DNA from: Eledone cirrhosa
Lineage: Eukaryota
DNA: 64,000 bases
Reading direction: 5' to 3'
Assembly (NCBI GenBank): GCA_964016885.1
Contig: OZ024750.1
Location: 4,774,001-4,838,000, forward strand
The notes under the pieces are model-generated. The model did no database searches and was not told the origin of the DNA. It saw nothing but the letters and a program-made list of their open reading frames with translations. This document shows, one piece after another, positions 51,978-64,000 of the stretch. Within the stretch, counting starts at the first letter, position 1. Each line of letters opens with the position of its first letter. The translations under genes and the position numbers were made by a program.

Positions 51978-52447
51978 CGTGTGATTCCCCTATTCTCCCA
52001 TCTTACCTTTTCTACACCTCAATGTCCTTCTTTGTCCACACATTGGACAAGTCCTTATTCACTTCTGTTTTACTATTTCTCTCCTTTCTATATTTTTCTC
52101 CTTTAGCTAAACCCTTGCACACTCTATATTTGTGTAATTTACCTAAAGACATAACATGTATCTACCTGTTTTGTTATGTCCTGAAGTGCGCTGGAATAAA
52201 TGGTATCAACCTTAATACACCGAAATTGTAATTATTTCCAGAGGTTGACTGAGTAGATGGGATTGTCTGTCTTTCCATTGTTTTTTTTTCATTGTCTTTG
52301 TCCTGTGTCCTCCCTATTATTATTGTCTGGGATCCAGAAACCTTTGGTAATGGAGTAGTTATATTTTGTGTTGTTCACTTTCTAATTAAATAGCTCTGTT
52401 CTATACATAGAGCACTCTTTTTTCCTTTGCTTTTCCTGCGGAATTAC

Positions 52448-52499
<52 letters not shown>

Positions 52500-52807
52500 C
52501 CTAGCCAAGGGCCATATTATTTATAAAGATGAACTAGGGTGAAGTGAAGCCCTCCCCACCTCTCCATCACTGTCAATATATTTTAGAAATGTTATATAAT
52601 TTACTCTACTTTCTCAACACAGAAATAATTAGTAAATGTCCTTTCACTGTAATATATTATTAAATCATTCTTTTTTTTAAATATAATTTGTTGTAAGGGT
52701 CAAGCTGGCAGCTGCATGTGTGTGTGTGTGTGAGGGGGGGGGGGGGGGGGGTGAAAGATTGAAGTGCCAGAGGGGACCCCAAATACCTGAAAGACTAAGG
52801 GCTGATG

Positions 52808-53030
52808 TCGGTGGATTGGCAGTAATCGGTAGAGTGTCGGACAACATGCTATACGGCATAGAGTTACATCCCTTAACGTTCTGAGTTCAAATCCCGCCGG
52901 GGGTTAGCTTTGTCTTTAATCCTTAAGGGGGTTGATAAAATAAAGTACCAATAACGCATTGGGGTCGATTTAATTGATTTTCACCTCCCCTGAAAGTGTT
53001 GGCCTTATGCCTAAATCATAAACCATTACT
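52808..53030 (+). mobile_element. tRNA-derived SINE family 1
   Basis: TGGCAGTAATCGGTAG, GAGTTCAAATCCCGCC, GATAAAATAAAGTACC. Confidence 0.8.
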
Positions 53031-53569
53031 TTGGGGAGATGTGGCTGTTATATCTAGCAGGCCGAATGACCACATAGAGGTTCCTCTGATTTCTTCCAGA
53101 GAAAGAAAGGGAGAGCTAGAAGAACAATCGACCCAGTTCATGACTGATACCATTTTTTTTATTTTTTAAAAACATTTTTTAGAACTTGAAAGAATGAAAA
53201 GCAAAGTTGATCTGGGCAGGATTTGAACTCAGACTCAAGAGAACAGGATCAAATACTGAACCAGTTTTAATTCGAAACTTTAACGACTCTCAGCCAATTC
53301 GTGGTCTGAAAAGAAAAAAGAGGAAATAGTTTTTATTGCCACCTGTTAAAATGTAATTCTTATACAATAGTAATGTTCCGAGCTGTTTCTGAAAGTGAAA
53401 TTCCACAGTGAAAACAATAAGGAATAGGAAGTAATGATTTGACAAGACACACTTATTGTTATTAGAAGTTGAATGTTGCTTCCTGGTTAGGGTGTTCGGC
53501 TCACGACCGTAAGTACGATTCCTGGCGGCGCTTTGTCTTTGAGCTTGACACATAAATAATATTACAAAT

Positions 53570-53990
53570 GCTTAAATAACATTATAAATTGCTCGCGATT
53601 CTTTCAGAAGGATATATTCCTTTAATCTTGCAATATTAAAAAAAATATAAAGGAAGAGGTGAACAACCGAGCCAACACCAGAGCAAAAGACAGGAGCGTC
53701 GCGAGGAGTACTGGGCAATCTCTCTAATGATTTTTTAGGCAAGACAGCACACTTGCAGCGTTTCCTCGGGTGGTGGCGATGCTAATGCGATGGAACAACC
53801 AAGCGCCCTCGCGAGATTCGCCAGTTACCTCTATTAGGTGAGCCACCAGTGAAGAGAGGAACCGCGCAGTCAGCGGCCCGACTCCCCCAAACGTCTCGAG
53901 AGCCACAGGCTGAAAAATGTAGCTGGCCGACAGATCACAGTATTTGAGGGTCTTACTCCGCTCGGTTGCGGATGCTCCAGTCCACTCAAC
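53570..53990 (-). mobile_element. 3' fragment of CRE-like non-LTR retrotransposon (restriction-like endonuclease C-terminus plus 3' UTR)
   Basis: E..K..KY.DL...YIFQPVALETFG...FL...TGESRE..WLFHRISIATTRGNAASVL, the characteristic CRE-clade C-terminal motif. Confidence 0.8.
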
Positions 53991-54296
53991 TGTCAAACAC
54001 GAGTTGTAACTTTAAAAAAAAAAAAAAGTTTATTTGTAAAAACAGACAATAAATCAATTCACATTGGTATAAATAGCATTGCAAATATTGATGGAAATAT
54101 GAAAGAAATAGAAAAAAAAAGGATAAAAACGAAACCAAGCAACGAACAGGGGTGGGAAGGTTTACAGGGCAGATCTGACTGTATAGGAATGTAGGAGAAA
54201 TGGTTATAAAAATTCAGAGTCAGCTTTGTCAAACTGTATTACGCTGAATCTCAGAGAACTACATTAAGAATGTAGAAAGTTCACCCACTTAATACT

Positions 54297-54470
54297 ATAA
54301 TTGTTGATACTTTTTGGCACAAGGCCAGCAATTACCCAGTGCATTTATTTTATTGACCCCCGTAAGGATGAAAGGCAAAGTGAACCTCGGCGGGATTTGA
54401 ACTCAGATCATGAAGGGACGTAACTATGCTGGAAATCATGGCGTCCGACTCTCTGCCGATACTGCCAAGA
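54297..54470 (-). mobile_element. tRNA-derived SINE family 1
   Basis: Reverse complement of the 30797 copy. Confidence 0.8.
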
Positions 54471-54962
54471 TGGATTGTATCTATAATTCAAAGGGTCAGC
54501 TTTGTCGCACTGAATCTCCCTGAGAACTACATTAAGGGTACACGTGTCTGTGGAATGCTCAACCACGTTATTTCACTGGCAGTCTGCTCCTTTGATCGAA
54601 CGACTGGAAGGCTCGTCGTCGGAACCGACAGAAGCCCAACAAACATACTTACACGCGTATACACATACACTGACACATAGGCACTCACACATATACTACC
54701 ATACACACACACATGTTCAAGCCACACACGCATACACTGTCACACTGAACAGGTGGTTCCTTGCCTGCTGTGCCTGTCTAACGGTTTCTGGAAATCAAAT
54801 TCAATAAACCACAAATACTATGAACAAATAACTACCACAGATATATTTTTAAAAGCTTTAAGCTTCCTAATACACCTCTCTACCGTCACTGTGAACATGA
54901 GGTGTGTGTGCGTGTATATATATGTATGTATATATATATATATATATATAAAATCCAATTTC

Positions 54963-55007
<45 letters not shown>

Positions 55008-55036
55008 TAAATATAAATATACAAATATAAATATCT

Positions 55037-55393
55037 CTTTAATTGATCAGAAGAACATCTATTTTATTAATATTTGTATTTTAATATATATATATATATA
55101 TATATATTAAAATACAAATATTAATAAAATAGATGTTCTTCTGATCAATTAAATTTTATTATACATATTTCAGAGGTATGTCATATATCATTATATTTGG
55201 TCTGATGAGGACGTACTGTTGTACCTCTGAAATATGTATAATACAATTTTATTGATCAAAAGAACATCTATTTTATTAATATTTGTATTTTAATATTAAT
55301 AACTCTGGAATATTTTTAGCAGTAGAGTGCTTCCAATCTACTGTAAAACTAATTCTTTGATGTATTCATTGAATCTTGTTTAACTCTTTAATA
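55037..55393 (+). mobile_element. Second copy of family Y with hammerhead motif (CTGATGA 55202-55208, GAAA 55229-55232)
   Basis: Near-identical to ~37610-37830, preceded by inverted partial duplications around a (TA)n. Confidence 0.7.
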
Positions 55394-56742
55394 TATATAT
55401 ATACACCTCTTTAATATTTATATATATATATATACACCTCATGTGTATATATATATAAATATATATGGAGGAGGAAGTGTCATCAACGATGACTCAGCTA
55501 TTTCCTAAATAACATTAGAAAATGCTGGGATTAAAAGGAGAAATTACAATTTAGTGTCTACCTCCCTCTCCCGACTTTACTTCCCAATAACTTCCTTTAA
55601 TAATGTACATTTTTAAAGGAAATCTTGCAGAGATACATTTTCGAATATGTAGATTAAGATTTTATTTATAGAATTTTTAAATTATATATATACTTTTAAA
55701 AATATTTTATTTATTGTATAGTTCCGATCCTTAATACTTTCCTATATTGAATATTTTTGAACTGTGTAGTAGGTTAAAAGTACTTGAAAATTTGTTCATT
55801 ATACCTTCCAATTTCATACTGTTACTAAATAATTGTTTCTACTTTTGGCACAAGGCCAGCAGTTATTCCAGTGCATTACTGGTACTTTTATTTTATCGAC
55901 TCTAAAAGGATGAACAGCAAAGTTAACCTCGATATGTCATAGATTTTAGACAGAAACGAAATGTCGTTTTTGCAACTAGGAATGGCGAGAGAAAGAAAAG
56001 AAAAGAAATTATAAAATGCTATCAAATTTATTTCTGCAATATTGCATTAAAAACAATAACCATTATTAAGAAAGTTAGGAAGACACAAAACCCAAGGGAT
56101 TACTAAACTAGTTTATGGTAATAACACGTCTCCCCTGACGTCCGCCGGGGTAATGCATTCTCCACCCTGTTGGCCGGGACCCGGAGGTGGAGGGTAAGTT
56201 AGTTGGTGATGGAGGATATTCGTTCAGACGTCACTTCAACAACTAAAGTATATTTACTAAATCCCTCCAAATTCTTGATTATTTTGTGTCTTGGTATGTG
56301 TGTCTCCGTAGGTGTATTTCCATGTTTGTACTTCATTATGTCCCCTCCTTCATCCAGCGGTTCGGCAAAAAGAGATAAAAAGTGATAACATGATATACTT
56401 GAGCTAAAGAACAAAGGGTGTTGCCGATTGAATGGAAGGTTCACATAAAAGGGCTTTTGGCGCGATTTGAAAAGGTGTAAGGAGACACACTTACACACAT
56501 GTAAACAAAGCGGCTGATTTAAGAAGCGTCGAGAAAATTTGAGAGTCCCAGCGCAAATCACCTTAACAATAGTTACTTGAGAAGCTAGGTTTGATTCCTC
56601 ACAGGCTCCACTGTCTAAATATTTCTGTCACCAGACGTACTTCCAGGGCCGGATTTAATGGGCGGACAAAGGGGGTAATTGCCCCAGGTCCTCTGAAGTG
56701 GTGTCCCGCTGATTTTTCTCAACTATTATTTATAATGATCAT

Positions 56743-56888
56743 GCTTTGACGTATAGAGTTACGGCCCTTGCCATTCTGAGTTCAAATCCAGCCGAGGTTA
56801 ACTTTGCCTTTCATCCTTACGGGGTCGATAAAATAAAGTACCAGTAATGCACTGGGTAATTGCTGGCCTTGTGCCTAACGTAGAAACA
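56743..56888 (+). mobile_element. 5'-truncated SINE family 1 with 18-bp TSD
   Basis: ATTATTTATAATGATCAT at 56725-56742 and 56889-56906. Confidence 0.9.
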
Positions 56889-57141
56889 ATTATTTATAAT
56901 GATCATCTATTATTATGATAATTTGTGTTGGGATTCACACATTTCAGATTTTACCAATGCTTCTTAAGTCAACTTCTTTGTTTACACACACACAAATAAC
57001 ATATTGGTTTCCTTCGGTATAGAGCCAACCGGATCCTAAGAAAGTAGTGATGACCTGCATAGATTTTGTACAAAGAAAATGGAAATATTTTGTTCACTGG
57101 ATTCATTTTGCATGTTCTGTTTATATATATATATATATACA

Positions 57142-57302
57142 TTAACTCTAACCCTAACCCTCAACCTCATGCTAACTCTAATCCTAACCCTTACTCGAAC
57201 TCTCACACTTCCCCTAACACTAACTTTTATCCTAACTCTCACCCTAAATCAAACTCTAACCATCTCCCACTTGCTAACTCTCATCTCACCCTAACCCTAA
57301 TC
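57142..57302. repeat. Degenerate (CCCTAA)n-like hexamer tract
   Basis: CTAACCCTAACCCTCAACC...; heavily mutated. Confidence 0.6.
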
Positions 57303-57419
57303 CATACCTATGCAAGTTGAATTGGATTAAATATTTTCATTTTCTTCAATTGAGATCCAATGTCAACTATACCCTTATTAACAGGTCTAATGCCAATGAC
57401 TCTCATAGAAAACCAGTCT

Positions 57420-57940
57420 TAAACCCGTCCATTATGGTCCGAAGAGCTATAATAAACAGGAGGGGACTCTAGACTGAACCTTGAACACCCACCAGCAGAT
57501 TGAATTCCTCACTAAACTCATTGCTTATTCTCACTTTACTGACTGCACTCCTATACATGGCTTGTATTGCTCTCACAAGCTACTCATCTATACCCAGTTT
57601 CCTTACGAACCACCATATAATGGATTACCGAACTCTGTCAAAGGCTTTTTCCAGATCTAAAAAGGCTAGATATAGTGCAAATCATCTCTCATAGTTGTCT
57701 CACTAAAGAGAGCATCTCTGGTGTTTCTTCCTGGCACAAAAACAAACTGTATCTCATCTAATTTGACTCTTTCCCTAATTAGTCATGCTATCACTCTTTC
57801 CATCACTTGGTTCATCAAAATTATGCCTCTGTAGTTGGTCCTTTCTAGAACATCATTTTTTCCTTTTAACAGTTAATGATTATACTGCTATGCTAGTCAT
57901 TGTGTATGACACTATCATGTATTACCTGATTGACTATGTG
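57420..57940 (-). mobile_element. Degraded RTE-clade RT fragment
   Basis: Minus strand gives NYRGIILMNQVMERVIA*LIRERVKLDEIQFVFVPGRNT, LAFLDLEKAFDRV, GVQGSV*SPLLFII. Confidence 0.85.
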
Positions 57941-58610
57941 GTTTGATGTCTTCCTAACTCCAACTATGTTATAGTGTGGACTGGGGGCTTTTTATCGCAG
58001 CACCAAAATGGCCACCTTACAGGGTAAACTGAATGCTTTTGTCATGTCACCAACACCTTACAGGATGGACTTGTTTGTAAATATTTATAACTGAATATGA
58101 AATTTAGACTGAATAAATCACATTAATCCGGGATGACCTGGAGGTAAACAAGAATATATTCTGAATCAGTGAAAAGAAAAGTTTCTTTGTGAAACATGAC
58201 AGAGTCAAAGAATTGTGAAGATTTTGGTAAAATATAGCAAATCTTTGATTACAAATATATATTCTTACTCATCTAGTTCCTTAGAATATGTAAGATGACC
58301 TATTTTCTGGGGATGACTAAAGCCTTTAAAAAAATATATGAGAAAAAGAGAATGAGTCATCAGACCCTTTTGGTACAGAACCACCTGAAATCAGCCAGGA
58401 TTCTATAATACAGTGTTGTTTGTTTTAAAGTATTTATATTCATATAAAAATCTTCCATCTTAATTTTATGTAAGAACGTTTGTGAAATTATGCTTTAAAC
58501 ACTGGATTAATAATTAGAAAGTCAGTTTTGTATCCAAATTCTTAGTTATTTTCAAAATGATCTGAAAATTATAGGCAGCATTTTTCATCAGAAATATGGT
58601 AATGAAAGGG

Positions 58611-58824
58611 TTAAGACTTCAACATTTAAATTACTCTATATATACTATTGTATTTTTGCAGTAAAGGCTTTATCTCGCATAATATCGAATCTATGAGATT
58701 TTGATATTATTTATTTTGAGAACAATACCTTAACATCAGTATGAGTGACGAGTTATGACCTGTTTAAACAAAAAGAGGTGAGAGAATTCTGGCTAGATAC
58801 AGCCGGTTTATGCTAAATGGTTAA
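58611..58824. mobile_element. piggyBac-type MITE family A abutting family B
   Basis: Body matches 21023-21241; degenerate TIRs; TTAA at both ends. Confidence 0.75.
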
Positions 58825-59041
58825 ATACATGATCACTGCTTGGGAACAACATGACCCCATAAACATACCTCATAATAGTATAACTTGACAAATATTTTAG
58901 TAGGGTCTAATATTTGTCAAAGATCAGTATTACACAGATCACGCCCCTTAAATACACTAACACTTTTACATATACTTCACATATATTTAGACGTAAAGGA
59001 TACCTGTAGAACAAATAAAAATACACTTTAATACCTTAAAC

Positions 59042-59205
59042 CAATTATGGGAAAACTGCGGCTCGCGAGCCACATGCGGCCCGTTGACTTTCTGAAGAGC
59101 ACGCTTACTTTCAAAAATTGCCTTGAATGTTTTTGTAGTGTGGTCCGCCTTATGATGAGCCACATCCTATGCGGCCCACTGCTCGTAAAAGGTTGCCAAT
59201 GCTTG
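59042..59205. mobile_element. hAT-type MITE
   Basis: CTGCGGCTCGCGAGCCACATGCGGCCC...AGGTTGCC...TG subterminal motifs; imperfect 8-bp TSD CCTTAAAC/CTCTAAAC. Confidence 0.6.
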
Positions 59206-60547
59206 CTCTAAACCCTTATTTATTTAGGGTTAGAGTTAGCTGATTTTATGGTTATCTGAAAGATAGGTGTCAGATGTTTGGGCAGGGGCACAATTTCACT
59301 GCTTGCCATAGGCCTCTAGCACTGTGTTGGTTTGGCTTCGTCGGTTACGTTTTGCACCTACCAACCATTCAACATGCAATGCCATGGATGCCAGAGCAAA
59401 GTAAGAGACGGAGACGCCAGTCCAGGAATATCTAAGGCTGTGCATCCAAGGAGTAGGTCAAATGCAGATGAATTAATTGGACAGATGGGGGAAGAAGTGC
59501 CTCAGATCGCCCGGGCAGGAATATCTTAGAACTAGGAATCCTCATATATACAGCAGCATTTCATCTTAGCTTCTATGATGAAATTTCATCAGCTACACTA
59601 AATATTGAAATTAAAAACAATAATCATGATTAATAATAACAATAACGAATATCAATAAACACAAAATTATAGTAAAAGAAAGTTATATATATCTCTATCA
59701 ATATAATAATTGTTGAAATATTTTTAATCGTGATGACAAAGACATTTGGTTTGTCTTCTAAAACGCAAAGGAATCTACGGAACACAAAAAGTGCCATAAT
59801 TAAGATCGACGTAAATGGTGAGTGCGTACGTGACATACTTGCTCTGAGAGCACACATACGCACATAAACACACATCTGAAAAACAGGTCTTATTAGTACC
59901 TCCAAAAATAGATAATTAAAGACTTCACATCCTAAAATGATTTCTTGGTAAAAACAATAGCACCATAAGTATTTTATTACATTTACAACCATTATCTTGG
60001 GGGATACGTTAAAAAAACTCTAGTGGACAAACACACAAAACGAAACAAACAAAAAACTACAGGATAAAAACATAAAAATTACAAAATCCCTATCGGTCAA
60101 AAATCTCCCAAGACAAAATTCCTACTCGAGAAAGAAACACATCCGATGAAGAACCCTAGGACAAAATCCCAACTCCTACCAGACAAAATACTCATATAGT
60201 GAAAGATAAAACAAAATTTATTCGTAGCTTTTAATAGCTAACATTATGAAATATAATTTCCTGATAAAGAATAAACTGAACCTATATATTTAAATTTTGT
60301 GTTATTTTATTACTGTGTGGGTGGTTTTGTTCGATAAGGTAGGGAAGGATTTTGACAGGTTAGAGTTTCGTTGTAGACTCAATATCTTCAAAAGATATGT
60401 CAATTTTAAATGTTCTATCCTTTCCCCAACATATAAATAAATTCTAGCAACTATAACAGGAATTAGAATATTGATAAATATGATTTTAAACTATATATTG
60501 TTATTGTTTAGTCATCAAATAAAGACTTGGTCTAGCATATTTATAAT

Positions 60548-60669
60548 TGTTTCTACTTTAGGCACAAGGCCAGCAAAAACCCAGTACATTACTGGTAATT
60601 TATTTTATCGACCCCGTAAGGATGAAAGGCAAAGTTAACCTTTCATCCTTACGGGGTCGATAAAATAAA
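60548..60669 (-). mobile_element. 5'-truncated SINE family 1 with fold-back inverted duplication and 18-bp TSD
   Basis: TSD GTCTAGCATATTTATAAT at 60530-60547 and 60670-60687; 31-bp perfect stem. Confidence 0.85.
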
Positions 60670-62302
60670 GTCTAGCATATTTATAATGATAGGTATTCCG
60701 TTGTGTTTTTGTTTTGAGGCTTAGCACACCATAGATTACATTATCCAATGTCCTCACTATTTTTAAGACGATAGATTAATGTAATTTGAGGAAGATTTAG
60801 TAAAGAATTAAAAGAATGTTCAAGTATAAATATTACTCAAAGACAACTTGCCATCGTAAAGTCTTTAGTTACCTTCATGGTTCTAATACGAGAATCTTGT
60901 ATCACCATTGATATTTCATCAGTTGGAAGACAATTTTATTATTATTCCTGAAGGTACCTCCAAAAGGAATTAAGAACATTGATGAAACCTTAATATATTG
61001 TCCGTATCCAGGACAAATGAGGCCCTGTGCTAGTTAAGTTATGAGGCCCCTTACTCGTAAAAAAAAATCATCGTAAAAAGATTTCTTGGGAAGGAAGATG
61101 AGGCTCCCCTGACCAACGGGGCTCTGTGCACAATGGTAAATCCGCTACTGTCTGTATCATATCAATCATCAATTATATAAGATCCTCTCAAACCTCTTGA
61201 CTACATTGGCGGTCTATTGCCATCTATAACAATCATAGCTGAAATATTTACAAGATTCATATAATACTACTCAAAGCGTTTTATTTGTGCTGTGTATATT
61301 CAGAGAAAGAAAGATGTTATCAATATAAATAACAGAAACGATATCCAAAATATATGAGTAAAATAAAGAAACGTATTTGAGAAACCAAACCTTTGTCTTT
61401 ACAATAACGTGAATTCGACTTGACCTACAATCTAAATGACAAACAAGAAGAGCTTTAATATCTTTACTTGTAAATTAATGTGAATTTTCTTGCCAAAAGA
61501 GAATTTAAAGAAATATGAATTCATAATTAAAATTATAACATGAAAATATGAACTTGTAGTTATATCTTTTTAGCCACTGTATTTTTTTAATTTTTTGAAA
61601 CCATCGTATGGAAGATCAGACATGCTATAAATTTGATTTGTTTGCTAATTGTTATAAAATTTAATATTTAGACATATTTTCCCCGACAGAATTGTTATAA
61701 TTTTCAAATATCTTTAAACAGTTTTTATATAATCTAGTAACATTTTTAGAATGTTATTCAAACTGCAATATTTATTAAACTTAAGGAAATAAAATATAAA
61801 AAAAAAATAAGATAGGTAGGATCTTCAAATAGTATTTCATGGTATTTTATTAACAGGTTGTAAACATAAAATAATTATTTTTATTATAATTGTCGTTGAA
61901 AGAATTGTTTAGTAATTTAAAAAATAAATAAATAAACAATATAAACAAAATCACGATTCTGTAAGCAAGGGGAGATAAGCCATAGAATGCGCATTATGAA
62001 ACAATATTAATTTATATATATAAATAAATTGAAAAGTCTGTTCAATTTTTAAAAAGACACGAGTGTTATTGTTTTTTAATATCTAGAATCCTAATAAAAG
62101 AAAATAAACGGAACAATTTTATATTTGGAACATTTTTTTTGTTCATCCATCCACCGCAATCGCCCGCTAGGTGTCTCTCTATTATACAGTTTTTTTTGTA
62201 ATTTGTAATGTTCACATGTGTGTAAATCGTCAATATTTCTATCTGGAATATTGTCTTTTACTGCATGTGGAATTCCCTCATTTAGTAACCAGTCATTAGG
62301 TT

Positions 62303-62803
62303 ATGTCTAGTAATAGTGTTATCAACACAAAAATGCCCATCGGCTCCACAAATAACAGCTCTAGCAGCGCTAACAGCTCATCCTCCTCCTCCGCCAACCA
62401 GCCATCTTGTAACAATAGCAATCTGAGAGGAGAACGTAATTCATCAACTTCGTCTAATAAGAAGGATGGCCAACAGCAACAACAACAAAATTCATCAGGT
62501 ATAACTTCTCCAGTTTCATCGTCGGTAACATCGATGAATCAACAACAACAACAGCAGTCTTCAGATACCGCTAACAACAACACAAACAATGAAGACAACA
62601 GAGGAGATCAACAACAACAGCAACAACAACAACAACAGCAGCAATCCGGTCGGAAACGTTCTTATTCTTCGGATGATGCGGAAACGGCAAACAATCCGGC
62701 CACTACATCTACGACAACGTCTTCTGCTCAAATGTCTACATCATCTGTGTCGATTTCGGACGGCGCCGATAGTCGAAGGACTAGCCGTCGTAAGAAAGCC
62801 AGG
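62303..62803 (+). CDS. KDM1A: Probable lysine-specific histone demethylase 1A (LSD1), first coding exon, 167 aa low-complexity N-terminus
   Basis: Open S/N/Q-rich frame ending RRTSRRKKAR then donor GTGAGT (62804), phase 0. Human LSD1 has RRTSRRKRAK (NLS), which I recall as the end of its exon 1. The exon itself is well supported; the identity rests on this single motif because no downstream exon is in the window. Confidence 0.6.
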
Positions 62804-64000
62804 GTGAGTGAACCGGTAAATAGAGAGTTTTTTGTTATTATTCTTCACTTAAACGTGAAATCATCTGATCCCATCGTCTGAGTGAAGTGAACAGATGAAG
62901 TTGTAAGCTACTGTGGGTAATGTTGACGTGAATTTCATCCTTCATTCGCTTTTCACATTGTTTTTATATCATCACCGTTATTGTTGCACACACACACACA
63001 CACATGTATGTATATATATATATATATATATAATTACATACACTTATATCTACCTATATATACACATACATGTATGTGTATGTGTATATATAGTTACACA
63101 TACACTTATATCTACCTATATATACACGTATGTATATATATTACACATACACACATATATATATATATATATAGACATATTCATTTGACTACCCCCTCCC
63201 ACTACACGTTTATTATCTTTACTTCTTATTCCATTATGTCCATCACTTATTAAAATTACGACTTATGAATTCTAAAATGTGGTTGCAGGCTTGTCCCTTC
63301 CTTAACAATGCACCAAATGCAGAGTACATTGTGTTGTTTTGGGGCGAAGGAGAGAAGAGGAAAAGGAAAAATAAATAAAAATATTATTGTATGTATGATC
63401 ATCCGTACGTGTTGAGAAGTAGCAACAATTTTTACAGTTTTTGCTGAATGTGTTAAGATATTTAAAATATTTACATCGTTAGTTGTATTAAACTATTTTA
63501 CTGAGCTTTGACTGATAGTTTCGTTTTCGTGTCGGTCGCCATCAAGATAATAAGCGTCCTCGGACTGCCGTTTTCCTCCGCCAAATCGAGAGGAGCCCCG
63601 TGAGGTGGAATGGCTGATGCAGTGTGTATTGCTGGCTGTTCTCTATACTTTCACCATCTTGTCTGCAGAGAATACAATCTAGAGTTTGTATATAACATAT
63701 ATATATTTAATGTACCATTTAGCCAAATATCGAGTTTGTTCCTTCACCATATCCTTTTCTTATTTCCTGTTTATAGATAATATATAGAACTGAATATGAA
63801 ATTTTGAATCAATAAAACATAATTTTAGTTAATTATTGCACGTATGATCATCCGTATTTACTTGTTGAAAAAGTAGCCACAATTTTTACCATTTGTGTTA
63901 AACATTTGTAAAATATTTCCATCTTCAATCGTTTTAAACTATTTTAGCTGAGACTTTACATTTTCTAGATTACTGATAAATATTCTCTCACTAATTAATT

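Noticed and set aside
52140-52455. (TA)n-terminated segment with CCGAAATTGTAAT and a CTGGAATA/TATTTCCAG pairing
   Set aside because: No CUGANGA box in the required position; possibly a decayed related element but not supportable
57142-57302. Interstitial telomere
   Set aside because: Too degenerate and short; such hexamer tracts also occur inside dispersed repeats

Overview
AT-rich, microsatellite-saturated eukaryotic genomic DNA. The SINE, RTE and MITE repertoire suggests a coleoid cephalopod such as Octopus; this is an inference. No prokaryotic features or CRISPR arrays were found. Two host genes are visible, divergently oriented. (1) PAWR/Par-4 on the minus strand: first coding exon 41106-40675, a ~39.9-kb phase-0 intron, then a second exon at 785-663. 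(2) A probable KDM1A/LSD1 first coding exon on the plus strand (62303-62803). The remainder is tRNA-derived SINEs, RTE-clade LINE fragments, two restriction-like-endonuclease LINE fragments (R4/Dong-like and CRE-like), piggyBac/hAT/Tc1-mariner MITEs, and minisatellites that visibly derive from transposon sequence. The most notable unannotated signal is several unrelated small element families inside (TA)n tracts. They carry complete or half type-I hammerhead ribozyme folds and are rearranged into fold-back palindromes, matching Penelope-like element or retrozyme-like non-autonomous retroelements. Most ORF-track entries are microsatellite artefacts. All calls were made by eye; no database search was run.
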